DNA of 64,000 nucleotides from Eutreptiella sp. 'Long Island Sound 2002' (Eukaryota > Protista > Euglenida): contig OZ038378.1 of assembly GCA_964036045.1 (NCBI GenBank), positions 58,218,001-58,282,000 on the forward strand. Direction: 5' to 3'. The notes below the pieces were generated by a model, which was not told the DNA's origin, did no database searches, and saw only the letters and a list, made by a program, of their open reading frames with translations. The translations under genes were made by a program, and so were the position numbers. Positions 48,318 through 59,879 of this stretch are shown one piece after another; the stretch's first letter is position 1; every line of letters begins with the position of its first letter.

Positions 48318-48536
48318 GAGGCGAAGGAGAATGCGCATGCGCTCCAGGCCCGCACCATCAATCTGGAGAAATATGGGCAGGACCTGAAGCTCAAGCTGCA
48401 CCGCGTCATTGAGAAGACAGAAAATGATGACAAGTTGATTGAGATGTACAAACAAGAGCTCGCCAACTCGAAAAAGTGCATGACACCTCCGCCCCGACCC
48501 AAATCCCGGACGCCGCCATCCCTGATGGATGCAGAG
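48318..48536 (+). CDS. CCDC13: CCDC13-like protein, exon D (73 codons); gene probably continues beyond the window
   Basis: Acceptor ccttgtcAG| and donor GAG|GTattc; phase 0/0. Encodes EAKENAHALQARTINLEKYGQDLKLKLHRVIEKTENDDKLIEMYKQEL..., matching the recalled CCDC13 LVEKxxxDDxLI block. The 3' boundary is less certain. Confidence 0.8.
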
Positions 48537-48699
48537 GTATTCTGGATGGGCAGGGCAACTGGTGTTTTGTATGTATCGACGTATTCTCTGTGGGCAATGA
48601 GATGGTGTTTTTTTCCCGCAAAGGATGCCCCCTAAGGAACGCCCTCTGGACTGTTGGTTAACTGCCTACCGCCGGCGATTATTGGACCTTTTTTTTTCA

Positions 48700-49600
48700 T
48701 TAGGTACCTAATGCGGGTAAAGGTCCATGTGTCTTCTCTTTGCCAACGACAAACCTTAGATGTATGCATACTGGGATGATTTGAAAGCTTGCTGTGTGTA
48801 GTGCTGTGTGTAGTGCCTCGTTGCTTTCCATGTCAGTTTGCGCCCTTTTTTGGATGAGGTATACATCAACGATATTTTTTTTCTTTTATCCCTCAAGTAC
48901 CGCCCAGTCCCGTGTGTTGGTGAATATGCAGCAGGCGCTCTGTTGAGGGTCCAGGCAGCACACACCGGGCATTGTTTTGATAAGGAACTGTCGTATCCCC
49001 CTCGCTCTCTCGTCCACCTCACCCCTTTGTGTGTTGCCTGGCTCCTGAATCACAACATCAATTGTCCCCAGTGTCTCGCATTGCCGATCTATCCATCGCC
49101 TGTCATGCTTTGTGCAATACACATTAGTTGTTGCCCGGGTGAGGGCACCAGCACCCTTGCCCTGTTTGAGTACCAGGTTAGGGTGCTGATACTGCTGGCC
49201 AGGAGGAAAAGCCGTTTCATCGACTTAGATTTGCTGGATTGCGGAGGTATGACCTGGAATCGTTACAGCCCCTTTTGGCTGCACAGAAGTCCAGTTGGCA
49301 TGTTTGTTGGGGCTGTATTTGATTGGGAGCGATCCTGATTTTTGTCGCTGTACCACTCAAATCTCTCTTGGACCACTGTATGCTGACCTCCTTTGAGTCG
49401 GTTCCCCTCAGGTCTGCTGGTGTAAATGCGGATGGAACAGATCGGCCGAGCCTTAAAACCGCAGTCTGACTCAGACCTAACAAGCCTGTTGCTGCAAGCC
49501 ACACATACACGCCATGAACTGGGTACCACGAATACCAGAGTACGCCAAAGCAACATCTGATGCGGTCCCTGTTTTCTTACCATTTGACAGCTCTAGGACA
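48700..49600 (-). pseudogene. Possible decayed pogo/Tc1-mariner (DDE_1) transposase remnant
   Basis: Minus-strand fragments in the expected order: SIQWSKRDLS (CENP-B-type HTH end), about 50 aa later QQI*VDETAF, then LTWKATRHYT (LxWD..H-like). Needs several frameshifts. Confidence 0.35.
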
Positions 49601-50349
49601 AATAGCACGTCCCCTATTCTTTTGAAGGTGGTGTATTGTCAATTGTCCCTGTTGTAATATGTCATTCGGGCATTTTGGGGTACATTGTTTACGATATGCC
49701 GCCTCTGTTGGCAGACAGGTTGGGGGGGGGGGGGTTTGTGGGACCTCTATTCTTGGTTGCCACTTTTGAAATAGATTTCCAAGTTTTGGGCCAAAGGCTC
49801 GCTGTTAGGCTAAAGGTGTGTTGCCCATTTCTGCAGCCCTGCACGGTTTTGGTGTGACAAACTCTGCACAGGTGATTCCAAAAAATGCATATTTTAGGGG
49901 TCAACAAATGGTAGGATTTTTTTTTTGAAGCTTCACCCCCCATTACTCCTATACCGCCCCCGCATCCCCATTCCCCCTCGGCCAACATGCCCAAGCCATA
50001 TACCCACCTTTTTGGGTCCATGAGCGCCCATAGCCCAAGGGGCTAAATCACCTCGAAGAGAGGTTGTTAGATCTAGCGCAGGCGCGGGCGTCATATACCC
50101 CCCTTTTTTGGCGGTCATTCGCGTAGCATACCCCAAGGCATGATATTGGATGTCCAACCCCTTGTAAAGTCATTATTTTGCCCAATAAGACCATCCCCCA
50201 ATGGATTTTTTGATTCTGAGGCCTCTATCCCCTAAAACTGGATATCACTTTTTTGGGGGGTGGGGGGGGGTGGGGGGGTGTTGGGGGGGGGGGGTCAAAA
50301 GTTTTTGCTGAGAAGGCTGCAGGCAGTGGGGAAGCATACCGTTAACACA

Positions 50350-50428
50350 CAACTGCTGGTCGAATGGTAACGCAGCAGGCCGCGGTGACAATGGTCGGTG
50401 GTTCGAATCCAGGTCGGTGCATCTTTTT
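50350..50428 (+). ncRNA. tRNA-derived (SINE-head-like) Pol III element
   Basis: A-box TGGTCGAATGG (50357-67), perfect B-box GGTTCGAATCC (50400-10), T5 run at 50424-28. Cloverleaf incomplete. Confidence 0.5.
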
Positions 50429-50448
50429 GGCGGCGCCGGCGGCGTATC

Positions 50449-50518
50449 CGACGGACCAGGGTTAGAACCGCCGACCAAAAATCCGTAGTCAGCTGCATTT
50501 CCATTCAGCCACTGCTTC
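50449..50518 (-). ncRNA. tRNA-Arg(ACG)-derived element, inverted relative of the preceding one
   Basis: A-box TGGCTGAATGG (50501-11), CTGACTACGGAT anticodon-arm sequence as in eukaryotic tRNA-Arg(ACG) (50481-92), degenerate B-box GGTTCTAACCC (50459-69). Confidence 0.5.
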
Positions 50519-53500
50519 AATACTTGAGTCTAGGAGTCCCCACTGCTTGGGCCCGTGTCTGCCACTGACAAAAAACCCAAACTGTGTGTTTCTGTCTGAC
50601 TGACTGCTGGCCTGGCTCGGGGACTGCTTGGCTAACTGTCAACCTCTCTTCGAGGTGCACTGCCGAAGGCAATAGAATTTTCACCTCTTTTGCAATCTCT
50701 ATTTTGTCCAATCAAAGTATCCTCATGAGATATTCTTTGGGACTAGGGATAGCTATAAGTTGGAGTGCTTTTCCCGGGTCCGCGTCTAGGGAATGGGGTG
50801 GGGTTTCTTTGCCACTACTACGAATGAAAGACTGATAGTACAGGGCTAAGGGCCCCGTGGATATCACTTTTTGGCCTAGCAATAGACAGGCGAGGTGCGG
50901 GTCTTTTTGTGTGGGTTTGTGTTTGCAATGGTACATCCTTGTTGCAAGCCCCATTTTTTTGTGTGTATTGCCACCCACTACGTTTCCAAAAGGGAAACAA
51001 TCATGGAATAGTTTTCATCTCGGCAAGAGGTTCACCTGGCGTTGTTACACCTTGGTGGTGTGAAGTTGACGTAGAAGGGGTGCCCGTAATCCACATGGAT
51101 TGATGGGTGCTCTGTGAGGCAGTCCAAAAATGCATGTCACCCCCCAAAAATAAATTCAATATACCTTCCCCACCCTTCAACAGACCCCCCGGGGTTTATT
51201 GACGGACAGGGGGGATTCAATATCCCCCCCCTCCGCGCAGAAAGCAGTGTTATCATAGGAAGCGAGCAAACACAAAGCAGAGCACCCAGACACCAAATGC
51301 GCCTTTCTTAGTCACCATGCAAATGGGTGTTCATGTCTATTGGGCAGCATTTTTTGCTTCGAGCTATAAGTATGAGCCACATTCATTCAATTCGACGTCA
51401 TCTTGTCCATCAATGCCAACACTATCATCGCTACGGCCAAACCCGTGATGAGGCCACTCCTTATTGTCAACCACTAGAGCTTCATTATTGTCACTCATGT
51501 TCCAAAAAGTACGAGCAAATGCAGTTTTGGAATGCACCAAAAATGTGTCGAGTAACAGAGGAGCAACCCCCTACCCCTCACCATGGGGCTCACATCACTC
51601 GTTGGGTGGCCGTTTATTTGATATACCCCGGGGCATTTGATATCCCGGGGGCATTGAATATACCCTTGGGGCATATTGAGTTGGGGGGGGGGGATTACAT
51701 CAAAAAGGCATAGTAAAAAAATGTCAACATCTTAATATTGGTCTGCTTGGAAATTTAGGGCCTCTGTTGGCACTCCAACAAGGCATGTTTTGAAGGTTTT
51801 GGCAAACAAACTCATCGTTTTATAGCTAGCGGTAAAAGGTAGGTGAGTTCTTGCGCACAGAACCAATTAGTCGGTTGTGTGACACATTGTATCTAACATC
51901 ATCATAGTGCCTCATCAACCGAGGATGCCGTTTGAGCCCGAAAACAGTTTTGTAAAGAGGCAACAATGCAATGAGCAGACAGCCTTTGACTGCTGTGGAG
52001 GGCAAGCAAAGGTACCACAAACCTCAAAAACATGGAAGTGAATGGAGACACTGTTCATTCGTGCACGTAACGCATTTGGTGTTAGTGTTCCATTGCCAGC
52101 ATTAAAAGAGAGACAAGACACGAACATTGCATGATACGGAGAGTGTACCATTTGTTAACCGTCCTTTTGAATGTAGGTCATCTTCGACCAATGTTTCACT
52201 CATTCTTTACATTGTGCCTTGCTACCGTGCCCATTTGCCATGCTCTCTTCTTCTAAAATTCAACAAAAATCACGACTTCGAAAATGCACGTTGGTGGTGT
52301 GTTCAAATTCACACACCGATTCACAAAAAATGACATTCACAGGCACATTCACGCGTACATTCATAGTTAATTCACATGAATTAGATGAATACGAATTTCG
52401 CAAGAATTTTGCACCAGTTTCACACAAATCAAACACGAATCCCACAATTATGTCACATGTGTTTACCAAGAAGTGCATGTTGTGACCTACGCTATGTTAA
52501 GTTTTTGAAGCAGCGATTCCGGGCCCGGAAGAGGCGGCGTTCACACAGGAATTGTATCATCAAATGGTATCTCTTGTTTTGCATACCATGTTGTGTTCTG
52601 TCTTGTCACGTGGGAATTCACCGATTTTGGTGCTAATTTGGCGCGAATTTCGCACAACATTCGCGCGAAATTTACGCGAAATTCACCTCAGGCTCACATT
52701 CACAAGCTAGCTGGGAGGATGCTAGTTTGGACCCGTTCTGAATGCAAGGGAAATGGTTGTAGTGGTGCAGTGTAGTGCATCAAGGAGAGGTCCTTGTTCG
52801 TAATACCGTAGGAAATATTTTTCCGGAATTTAGGGGCACGTAGCTACCTTGTAAGAGGGACGGGAAGGGGGACCTTATGGCAATACACGGCCACATTCAC
52901 ACTAGGTTGAACACCCATTTAAAAAGAACGTTATCGCCCATTCACAAAGGGTACAAGCTTGCTACCAAATTGATGCCCAACTGATAGACCAAGGAATCTT
53001 GCAAGACAAGGGCATTGTTCACATCAATTAGATCCTAATTGATTGCGGGTATATCAAAAAAACTGCAATACGCTAAATACTCAAGCAATTGCCGGCAAAA
53101 TAGACCGTACAAAAAAAGCAAGCGCCTTGACTGACAAAGAATTCCACGACCAAATGAATTGCCCATTTTGCATACAGCTCACCACATAGGCAATTCTTTT
53201 TGCATGAAACGGTGCACCGATATGCGGTTGTAGCAGTAGGGCTCGCGCGGGCAGAAGAAATGTACACACAACATTTGTAGTGGGGAGTAGTTGTTATAGG
53301 CTTGTAACCTTCGATCATAAGGCCCCAAAGTAGGCATCATAAATATGCACCCTCATTCCATGCATGATTAAACGAAGAAAATCGAAGGACAAATGGTAGA
53401 ATAATTGTACTTTTGTGGTAAGTTTTCCGGTGCAATTGAGAACTTGAAAATGAAGCCAAAACATATCAACAAAATCCCATGGCACATTTGAATCAAAAGA

Positions 53501-53779
53501 GACCGCCAAGCCACACAAGTAAGTGCCTTTTCCACTCTTAATAAAACAGAAATGATAAAGACACACCTAACCACCACGAGTAACGTCATCCACTACTAGC
53601 AATCAACAAGGCTAACTCCAAAGAATTTGGTAACAATCATCATCTCAATGAGCACCACGGCAGTATGCCTGGTTGATGTCATTAGGGGCACCACAAAGCA
53701 TCAATAGCAGTCATGGTGGCCGGAGTGGTGTTTGTGGAAACCAAATGCGCACATCTCACAGGTACCACAAGATGCAGTA

Positions 53780-54780
53780 CCTGGCACAATGGTGGACCTT
53801 TCGATGTACTGCTAGCTACCATTGTACCACTCCTTTCAAACCGGGTACCACCCGTTACTACAACGATTATAACCCCCTAACATCCGATGCCATCTCGTTG
53901 CTCCTCCTAACGCCCCCATGATAATGCCACTCATTATCAACTAGTTACCACCTATCCCCACCCCCTACCATTCGGTACGGGCCACCATTGATTACCGGTG
54001 TCTTGGCACCTGCTAGTTATCACTCTCGATACCAACCCAATTGCTCTCATTGCCGCAAGTTTTCCCCCATTTTCCGCCCCGTTGCCAATCACTGGGACCC
54101 CGTTTCCAATTGCCACCACCCATGGCACCCACAATGCCACAATTGCCATGCACTACTAACCTGTCTTCACCAGCATGCTACAAGCAATCAGCAGCTTGTT
54201 ACCACTGTGGCACTAGTGAATACGCCCAAGTTAATCCTACTTACCACCCTAATACTACCCGGTACCACCCTACCCCTCATTACCACCCCGTCACCACTTG
54301 CTCCGCCCCAGCTATCACAGGCTTTCGCCATTACCAACACGTTATCACTAGCAATTTTTTTTGCCACCCGGCTTGTTCCGCTGCTGCTATCAAATTTTTA
54401 CATTTTCAGCATCAAGTGTCCCGTTGCCAATAGTTGCTGCCACCTAGCTACAACTTGCTCCAGCCCGTTACCATTGGTGACCAACCTATTGGAACTTGTT
54501 ACCACACCGTGACCATTGATTACCACCCGATTCGCACTCCTAACTACCCTGTTACAACCACCCACTACGCCGTGGCGGTTCCGCTACCAGTTGTAACTAT
54601 TAGTTTGCACCCCCTTACGACTAGTGATGACCCTATTACCCTGATAACACTTGCTACCACGCAGGTACCATTCGTCACTTCGTGGTTACCACTCGTTTGT
54701 ACAATGATACCACTCCTTGCCACTGCGTTACTACTCACTACCACCCCGTTTTGTCCCCCTATTGTCACCCCTACGGTGTA
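53780..54780. repeat. Degenerate CCA/TTACCAC-rich low-complexity tract
   Basis: Dense ttaccac, gttgcca and ccacc motifs with no stable period. Confidence 0.55.
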
Positions 54781-55150
54781 GTGCACATTTGTGCCCTTGG
54801 TACACGCCAAAAGAACGCATTCCGTTCTTGCCTTGATGGCGCAAGAAGGCTAGAACGGAAAAAAGCCCCCCCCCCCCCCATTGGGGGGGGGGGTTTGGTT
54901 CTATGAGGGTTTCAACCGAAACCCATCTATCCGAACTCGGGAGCCCATGCTCTCTTTTTCAGAATTTCACTGTTTTCACCTGAATTCGGAGTGGGAAAAT
55001 TTTTCGTTGTAGCAGCGTTCTGGCACGGTCTAGCGAGCACAGTCAACGCTCGCTAGAACGTGGCTAGAACGATGTTAGAACGATATAAGTTAATGCCCAG
55101 CCACTCCTTAAAGACAAGCTGCCCCAGCTACCATGGCTAGCCGTGGCCAA

Positions 55151-57450
55151 TCACCGGAGGTAGGCCTCCGCCTCCTCCCAGGTGAGAAAAATGAGGTCCC
55201 CCGACACCCGGAAGGTGCCCCTCTCTTTCTCTCTCTTCCTCTTCCCCCCCTTCTTCCCCTTCTTCCACCGCTCCCCAATGGACCCCCTGCGACACCACCC
55301 ACCAATTCCTGTCACTTGGGGTGACGGTCCCCCCGTTGCCCCCCTCCGCCCAAGGGACATACCGGGTATCGCCCACACCCCGCACATTCCCGTAGGGGTC
55401 AGGGCCCATATTTTCGAGGGGGGTGGCCCGGGGTTGGGGGGGGGGGGTTAACCTTTGCCTTGGGCTTAGGAGAGGGTTTGTGTGTGTGTGTGGGGCGGGT
55501 GGTTCTTCCCTGCTACCCTTGAAGTGGCGGGGTTGGTTTTTGGGGGCCCTGGGGGGGGGGGGGGGGCTTGGGTACTGCTGCTGCTGCTCCACCGCCTGCG
55601 GCAGCCCCTGCTGCGGCCCACTTCCTCCCGCACCCTGGTCGATCTCCTGCGCCGCGGGTCTACCCCCCCCCCCCCCTTGCTCCTCCTCGCCTTCCACATA
55701 CCCAACCCGTACGGCACCGAGAGGGCCATGTTGGGGTCACTCCCCAACATGCGGCCCACCTCGGTTACCCGCACGAGGTATGTGCGCCACCCTCCATAGC
55801 GCCATTCGACCCGCACCCCGCGGGGGTCCTCACCGCACGTCTGCACCCTAGTCATCCGTGAGAAGAGAAACAAGAGGCATGTGTGTTCTAGCGACCTTCT
55901 AGGCAACTGTTCTAGCAACGTTCTAGCGACGGCCGCCTCGGTTTGGCCAGATGAACGCTGGAATGCTTCCCTGGATCAACGCTAGAACGCACTCAGCATA
56001 CCGTGCCTTGCGTGTCGAGGGTTGGGCGGATTGCCCCCAGGACCTTGGTGAAGGCGTCACGGGGGTTGGCGGGTGCGGTTGCGGGGGTCCTCCGGCTGCG
56101 CACTTGCGGGGGGTTTTAGGCTTGGGGCGGGAGGCAAAGCCGCGTAACAATCCGGCATACGACCCCCGGCCGGCCGCCAACCCCCATGATCTACGACCGT
56201 GTCGGCAACCACTCCCACGTCCTCCCCTCTACGTGCATGGCCCCCAGCCCCATGGCCTCCCATCCATGGCAAAGGAACCGGAAATTCCCTGCCCGCCCCC
56301 CCGTTCTTGACGTCGGGGCTGAAGACTTTGAATTGGGCCATTTCAAGCATCTTCACCCCCTTGTCGGCAGAGGGGACTACTTTTCCCTTCTCCCCCCCCC
56401 CCCCCGGCATTTCCGCCCGCCATTGCCATACCCTCGGAACCCCCCCAACTTGTAGGGGTTTGTCCGTGTGGACCCTCCGCTCATCCACCCACACCCACGT
56501 CCCGTGCCCCAAAATCTTGTGATGCAAGCGGTGCATCCGAACAGGGAGAGTCCAAACCGAACTCTCTCGCGGCAAGAGGGGGGGGATGTGGAGCCCTCAG
56601 GGCTAGGGCCACGCCAAGACGGTTGGGCCCCAGGGCATCTCCATGATGGCCCCCACCCTTTGGTTTGCCAAAAAACCCCTCAACCACGCTATGCTCATAA
56701 CCTCTACCTTTTCCTCCACCACCTCCGCCTCCGCCTCCTCCTTCACCTTCTCCTCTACCACCTCTTCTACCTCCTCCTTCACCTCCTCCTTCACCTTCCT
56801 ACCCCTCCCTACCCTCTTCCAACCGAGCCGTTGTCCTCTCCGATTGCTCCACATTCGCTTGCTTCTCCTTCGCCTTCTTCAGCGCCTTCTCCACATTCCC
56901 CCTTGCCCAGTCCGCGCGCTCCTCCTCCCCCGCCCTTCGCAAATGCCCCTCCTTCGCCTGCCACTCCCTCACCATTCCCTCCGCCCTCTTGGTACTGGTT
57001 GTGCCCCCAACAAACCGGAGAGCCTTATGAGGCTACCTCCAGCCCCTGCGGCTCCTCCAGCTGGTCGGGGGACAATCTTTGTTCGTGTTCCTTTCCCTTC
57101 CCCTCGTCCTCCACCACCACCTCCACCACCTCCTCCACCACGTCCTCCAGCTCCTCCTCCTTGAACGCGGCGGCAGATTTGAGGGGTTAGGGGTTGGCAA
57201 GGGAGGAGCAGGATGTGCGGCTTGGGGTTGGGGCTCGGGCTCGGGCAGGGGTTTGGGTTGCTGGAGTAGCTGCGCGAGCAGTTGCTACATTTGGACTTGC
57301 TACGAGAAAAGGGGCGGCACCGTTCTAGCGACATTCTAGGAAACCGTTCTAGCGGCGTTCTAGCGACGTTGTAGCGAGCAAACACTTCCTTAGATCAACG
57401 CTAGGACGCACGGCAAAATACACGCTCTAGCAGTTGTTTCACGAGATGGG
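55151..57450 (-). pseudogene. Accessory gene 2 of transposon copy 2
   Basis: MTRVQTCGEDPRGVRVEWR...LGSDPNMALSVPYGLGMW aligns with VKEVAVCGDDVRPIRVVWR...LAHDPALGLAMLRGLKEW. VSGDLIFLTWEEAEAYL aligns with VERQLIFGTAEAAEAHL. Putative introns at ~55858-56001 and ~57300-57420. Confidence 0.65.
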
Positions 57451-57949
57451 CATTTGGATTGGCCGTGATGATGAAAAATGCTTTGTCCAAGGTAAGCCTG
57501 CATGTGGCTCTGGCCCCTCCTCAACTCCATGGCATCCTTACCTGAGCATGGAAATTGTGACTGTATGCGCAACCCAAGACACATTACAATAGGCAAAAGT
57601 CCAATTCATACATTGTGTTTGCACACCGGCCTCCCTTTGGATGGCCGCCCACTTAGCCATGACACCTCATCCACCCCATCCCCTTCATGCCCCCCCCCCC
57701 CCCACCGATTGTTGTGCTCATTGTGCCCATATTTTAGAAAGCGGTTGATGCTTTGTACAATGTCGCCACAAAATATGGCCAACCCAAATGGCCAAATGTT
57801 TTGCAACATGGCATCTACATCACGCTCAAGGCTCAGTAGATACCATGATGTTGTACCAACGGTGCAATGACAGTAGCAATCCTCCGCCACTGTGGCACGG
57901 TTCAACTAGTTAGGACCTTGAAATGTACAATAGATGGCCTGCAGCAAGT

Positions 57950-59620
57950 CCCACCAGGATCCAAGCAGCAAGATACATACCCCCAAAAAACCTTGAAAAT
58001 GACCTCCAAGCGGCATAACAGGGTCGCGTACCCCTCAAGTTGGCCTTGACAGCCTCCTGGCAGCCCTTACCCTGTGTCCTTTTGCCTTTGCGTTGGCGCC
58101 CCTGGGGTTCATGATGAATCCAAGACAACTCTCCACCCGCTCAAGAGCCCAAGGCACTAAATCAAAAATTGGGGTTCGTAACAAGATAAGTACCTCCGAA
58201 AATCCCCGGACAATAACCGCAAATCAGAGTAATAGGGTTGGGAATCCCTTGAGTGGGCCTTAACCTTCCGCTAACCCCGCAGCAACCTTGACCCTAAGTT
58301 CTCTTGCCCTTGCCTAATGCCAAGGCACCTAGCAATATCCGGCCATGCCTCCAAAAAATTGGCCGTTTCTTCCCCATCCGGGGAAGCTGCTCCGTAAACG
58401 CTCCAACCTACATGCCTCTCCAACATGAGGACTTGCAGGTCCTCACGGAGCGAATGGGTTCCCCCCCGAACCTCCCGGTCAACAAACTCCCCCAACAAGC
58501 GGCCCATGGCCGTCGTGAAGTGCAAAATTCACAAGACCACCAAGAGATACAACAATTTCAAAATTCATTGCATACTGCAAACGGCGAACTGCAAAGGCGG
58601 CGTCCCAAGGAGCAAGGCCGTGTAGTGGGCCTCATTACCCTCCATGGTCCGCGGGATACCACTACCCTTCCAAGTCTTCCTTTCGGGTGTTCCATATCCC
58701 CTCGTTGGACATGGAGCCCACTTGGGGGCACGTGGACAGCCCGATCACCCTACTTGTCCACGGTTGATCCCCCCCCGAGGACCACTTGTGCCTCCTCCTT
58801 GGAGGCCCCCCATTGGATGAGGCACGCGTGGATGATCTCTTTCATCACCTAAACAAGAGACATTGGGGGTGGTGCATTTCGTTCGAGTCTAGCGTAGCCT
58901 AGCTTCTAGCGAGCGGTGTCCGAGGCTAAGTGGAACAAAACTCGAACAAGTGAAAGGCACTAGGTGCAAGGAGTACCTCCCAATGGCTCTTGCACAATGT
59001 CCCAAGGTTGTCCATTGCCTTGTCATCACAATTGGCTATGCTCAACACCCAAAGCCTTGTGGGGGAGCGGGCCATGCGGTTGAAGTTTGCCAAGGAGATG
59101 GTGAGTTGGGTCCCGTTGCCCGCGGCCACGGGGTAGGCATCTCCTTGGACGATGAACGTCAACGGGCAGGAACGATTGATTGACCCAGCATGCCCGGCCG
59201 AGAGAAGATGTACTTGACCCATAAGGCGAACAGCCATGAGACCCCGCTGGCCTTGGGCAACACCGTGGCAACGGGCTCATCCCATTCCACGGCGGCAACT
59301 GACTCCTTCCAATGGGCTTGAAGTCCCGCTCGGTGCAAATCGGCCGGGAGTATGGGCCACCGGGCACCGATGTGGTGGTACTCTATCTTGCGGAGCGTGT
59401 AGACGCTCTGAAAGGGTCCTCCACGAGGACTTGGGGGCCGGCAAGTTGAGCACATGTTTACACATGGCGGTGCGGGGGAGTAGGGAGGCGGTGTATGCCT
59501 CAATGCTGGCCTTGCATGCCTCACCGGTAGATTGGATGGAAGTGTCGGTGTTCACATATTGGACCAGCTATGGATATAGTAACGAAATGGGCTATCAAGC
59601 TTCAGACTTCAGACTTTTAT
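57950..59620 (-). pseudogene. DDE transposase paralog, spliced, disrupted
   Basis: PLTFIVQG-D-AYPVAAGNGTQLTISLAN (D at 59139-41); intron 58849-58976 (GAG|gtactc..ttgtttAG|) at the same position and phase as in copy 1; GG-D-QPWTSRVIGLSTCPQVGS (D at 58767-69); *ILHFTTAMGRL...AASPDGEETANFLEAW. Confidence 0.78.
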
Positions 59621-59879
59621 GGACCATCACCCTCAACCCCCCCCCCCTCCCCTGATGCTAGGCCTTGCCCCCCCCTTGAGAGCAGACTTTTGCTCCATGA
59701 CACGTTTTCATGCCCTCCCCCTATGTCACACTTTGTTATGGAAAATGGAAAACTTGGAAACTTATGACATGGAAAACGCCCCCCCTCGCAATATCATACT
59801 TCTCCCAGTGTCACCCACCAAAGGAGACCGGGAAATTGAGGGCATACTGGCAAGAACGGGGAAAGCTGGGAAATGGAAC

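Larger units (their letters stand above)
54821..59860 (-). mobile_element. CMC/Transib-like DNA transposon, copy 2 (diverged relative of 4642-10886)
   Basis: Both genes are homologous to copy 1 and in the same order. Candidate TIRs tccgttcttgcc (54821) and reverse complement cccgttcttgcc (59860). No TSD recovered, so the ends are tentative. Confidence 0.62.

Noticed and set aside
50350-50518. Functional tRNA genes
   Set aside because: Acceptor stems and anticodon arms do not form canonical cloverleaves; kept only as tRNA-derived elements.
52805-54777. TIR element bounded by accgtagg / cctacggt
   Set aside because: Only 8 bp match, with no TSD and no supporting internal features.
56468-57190. 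Pro/Ser-rich + strand ORFs (56468-57190, 56643-57164)
   Set aside because: They are antisense to the purine-rich, acidic linker of the minus-strand accessory gene; low complexity only.
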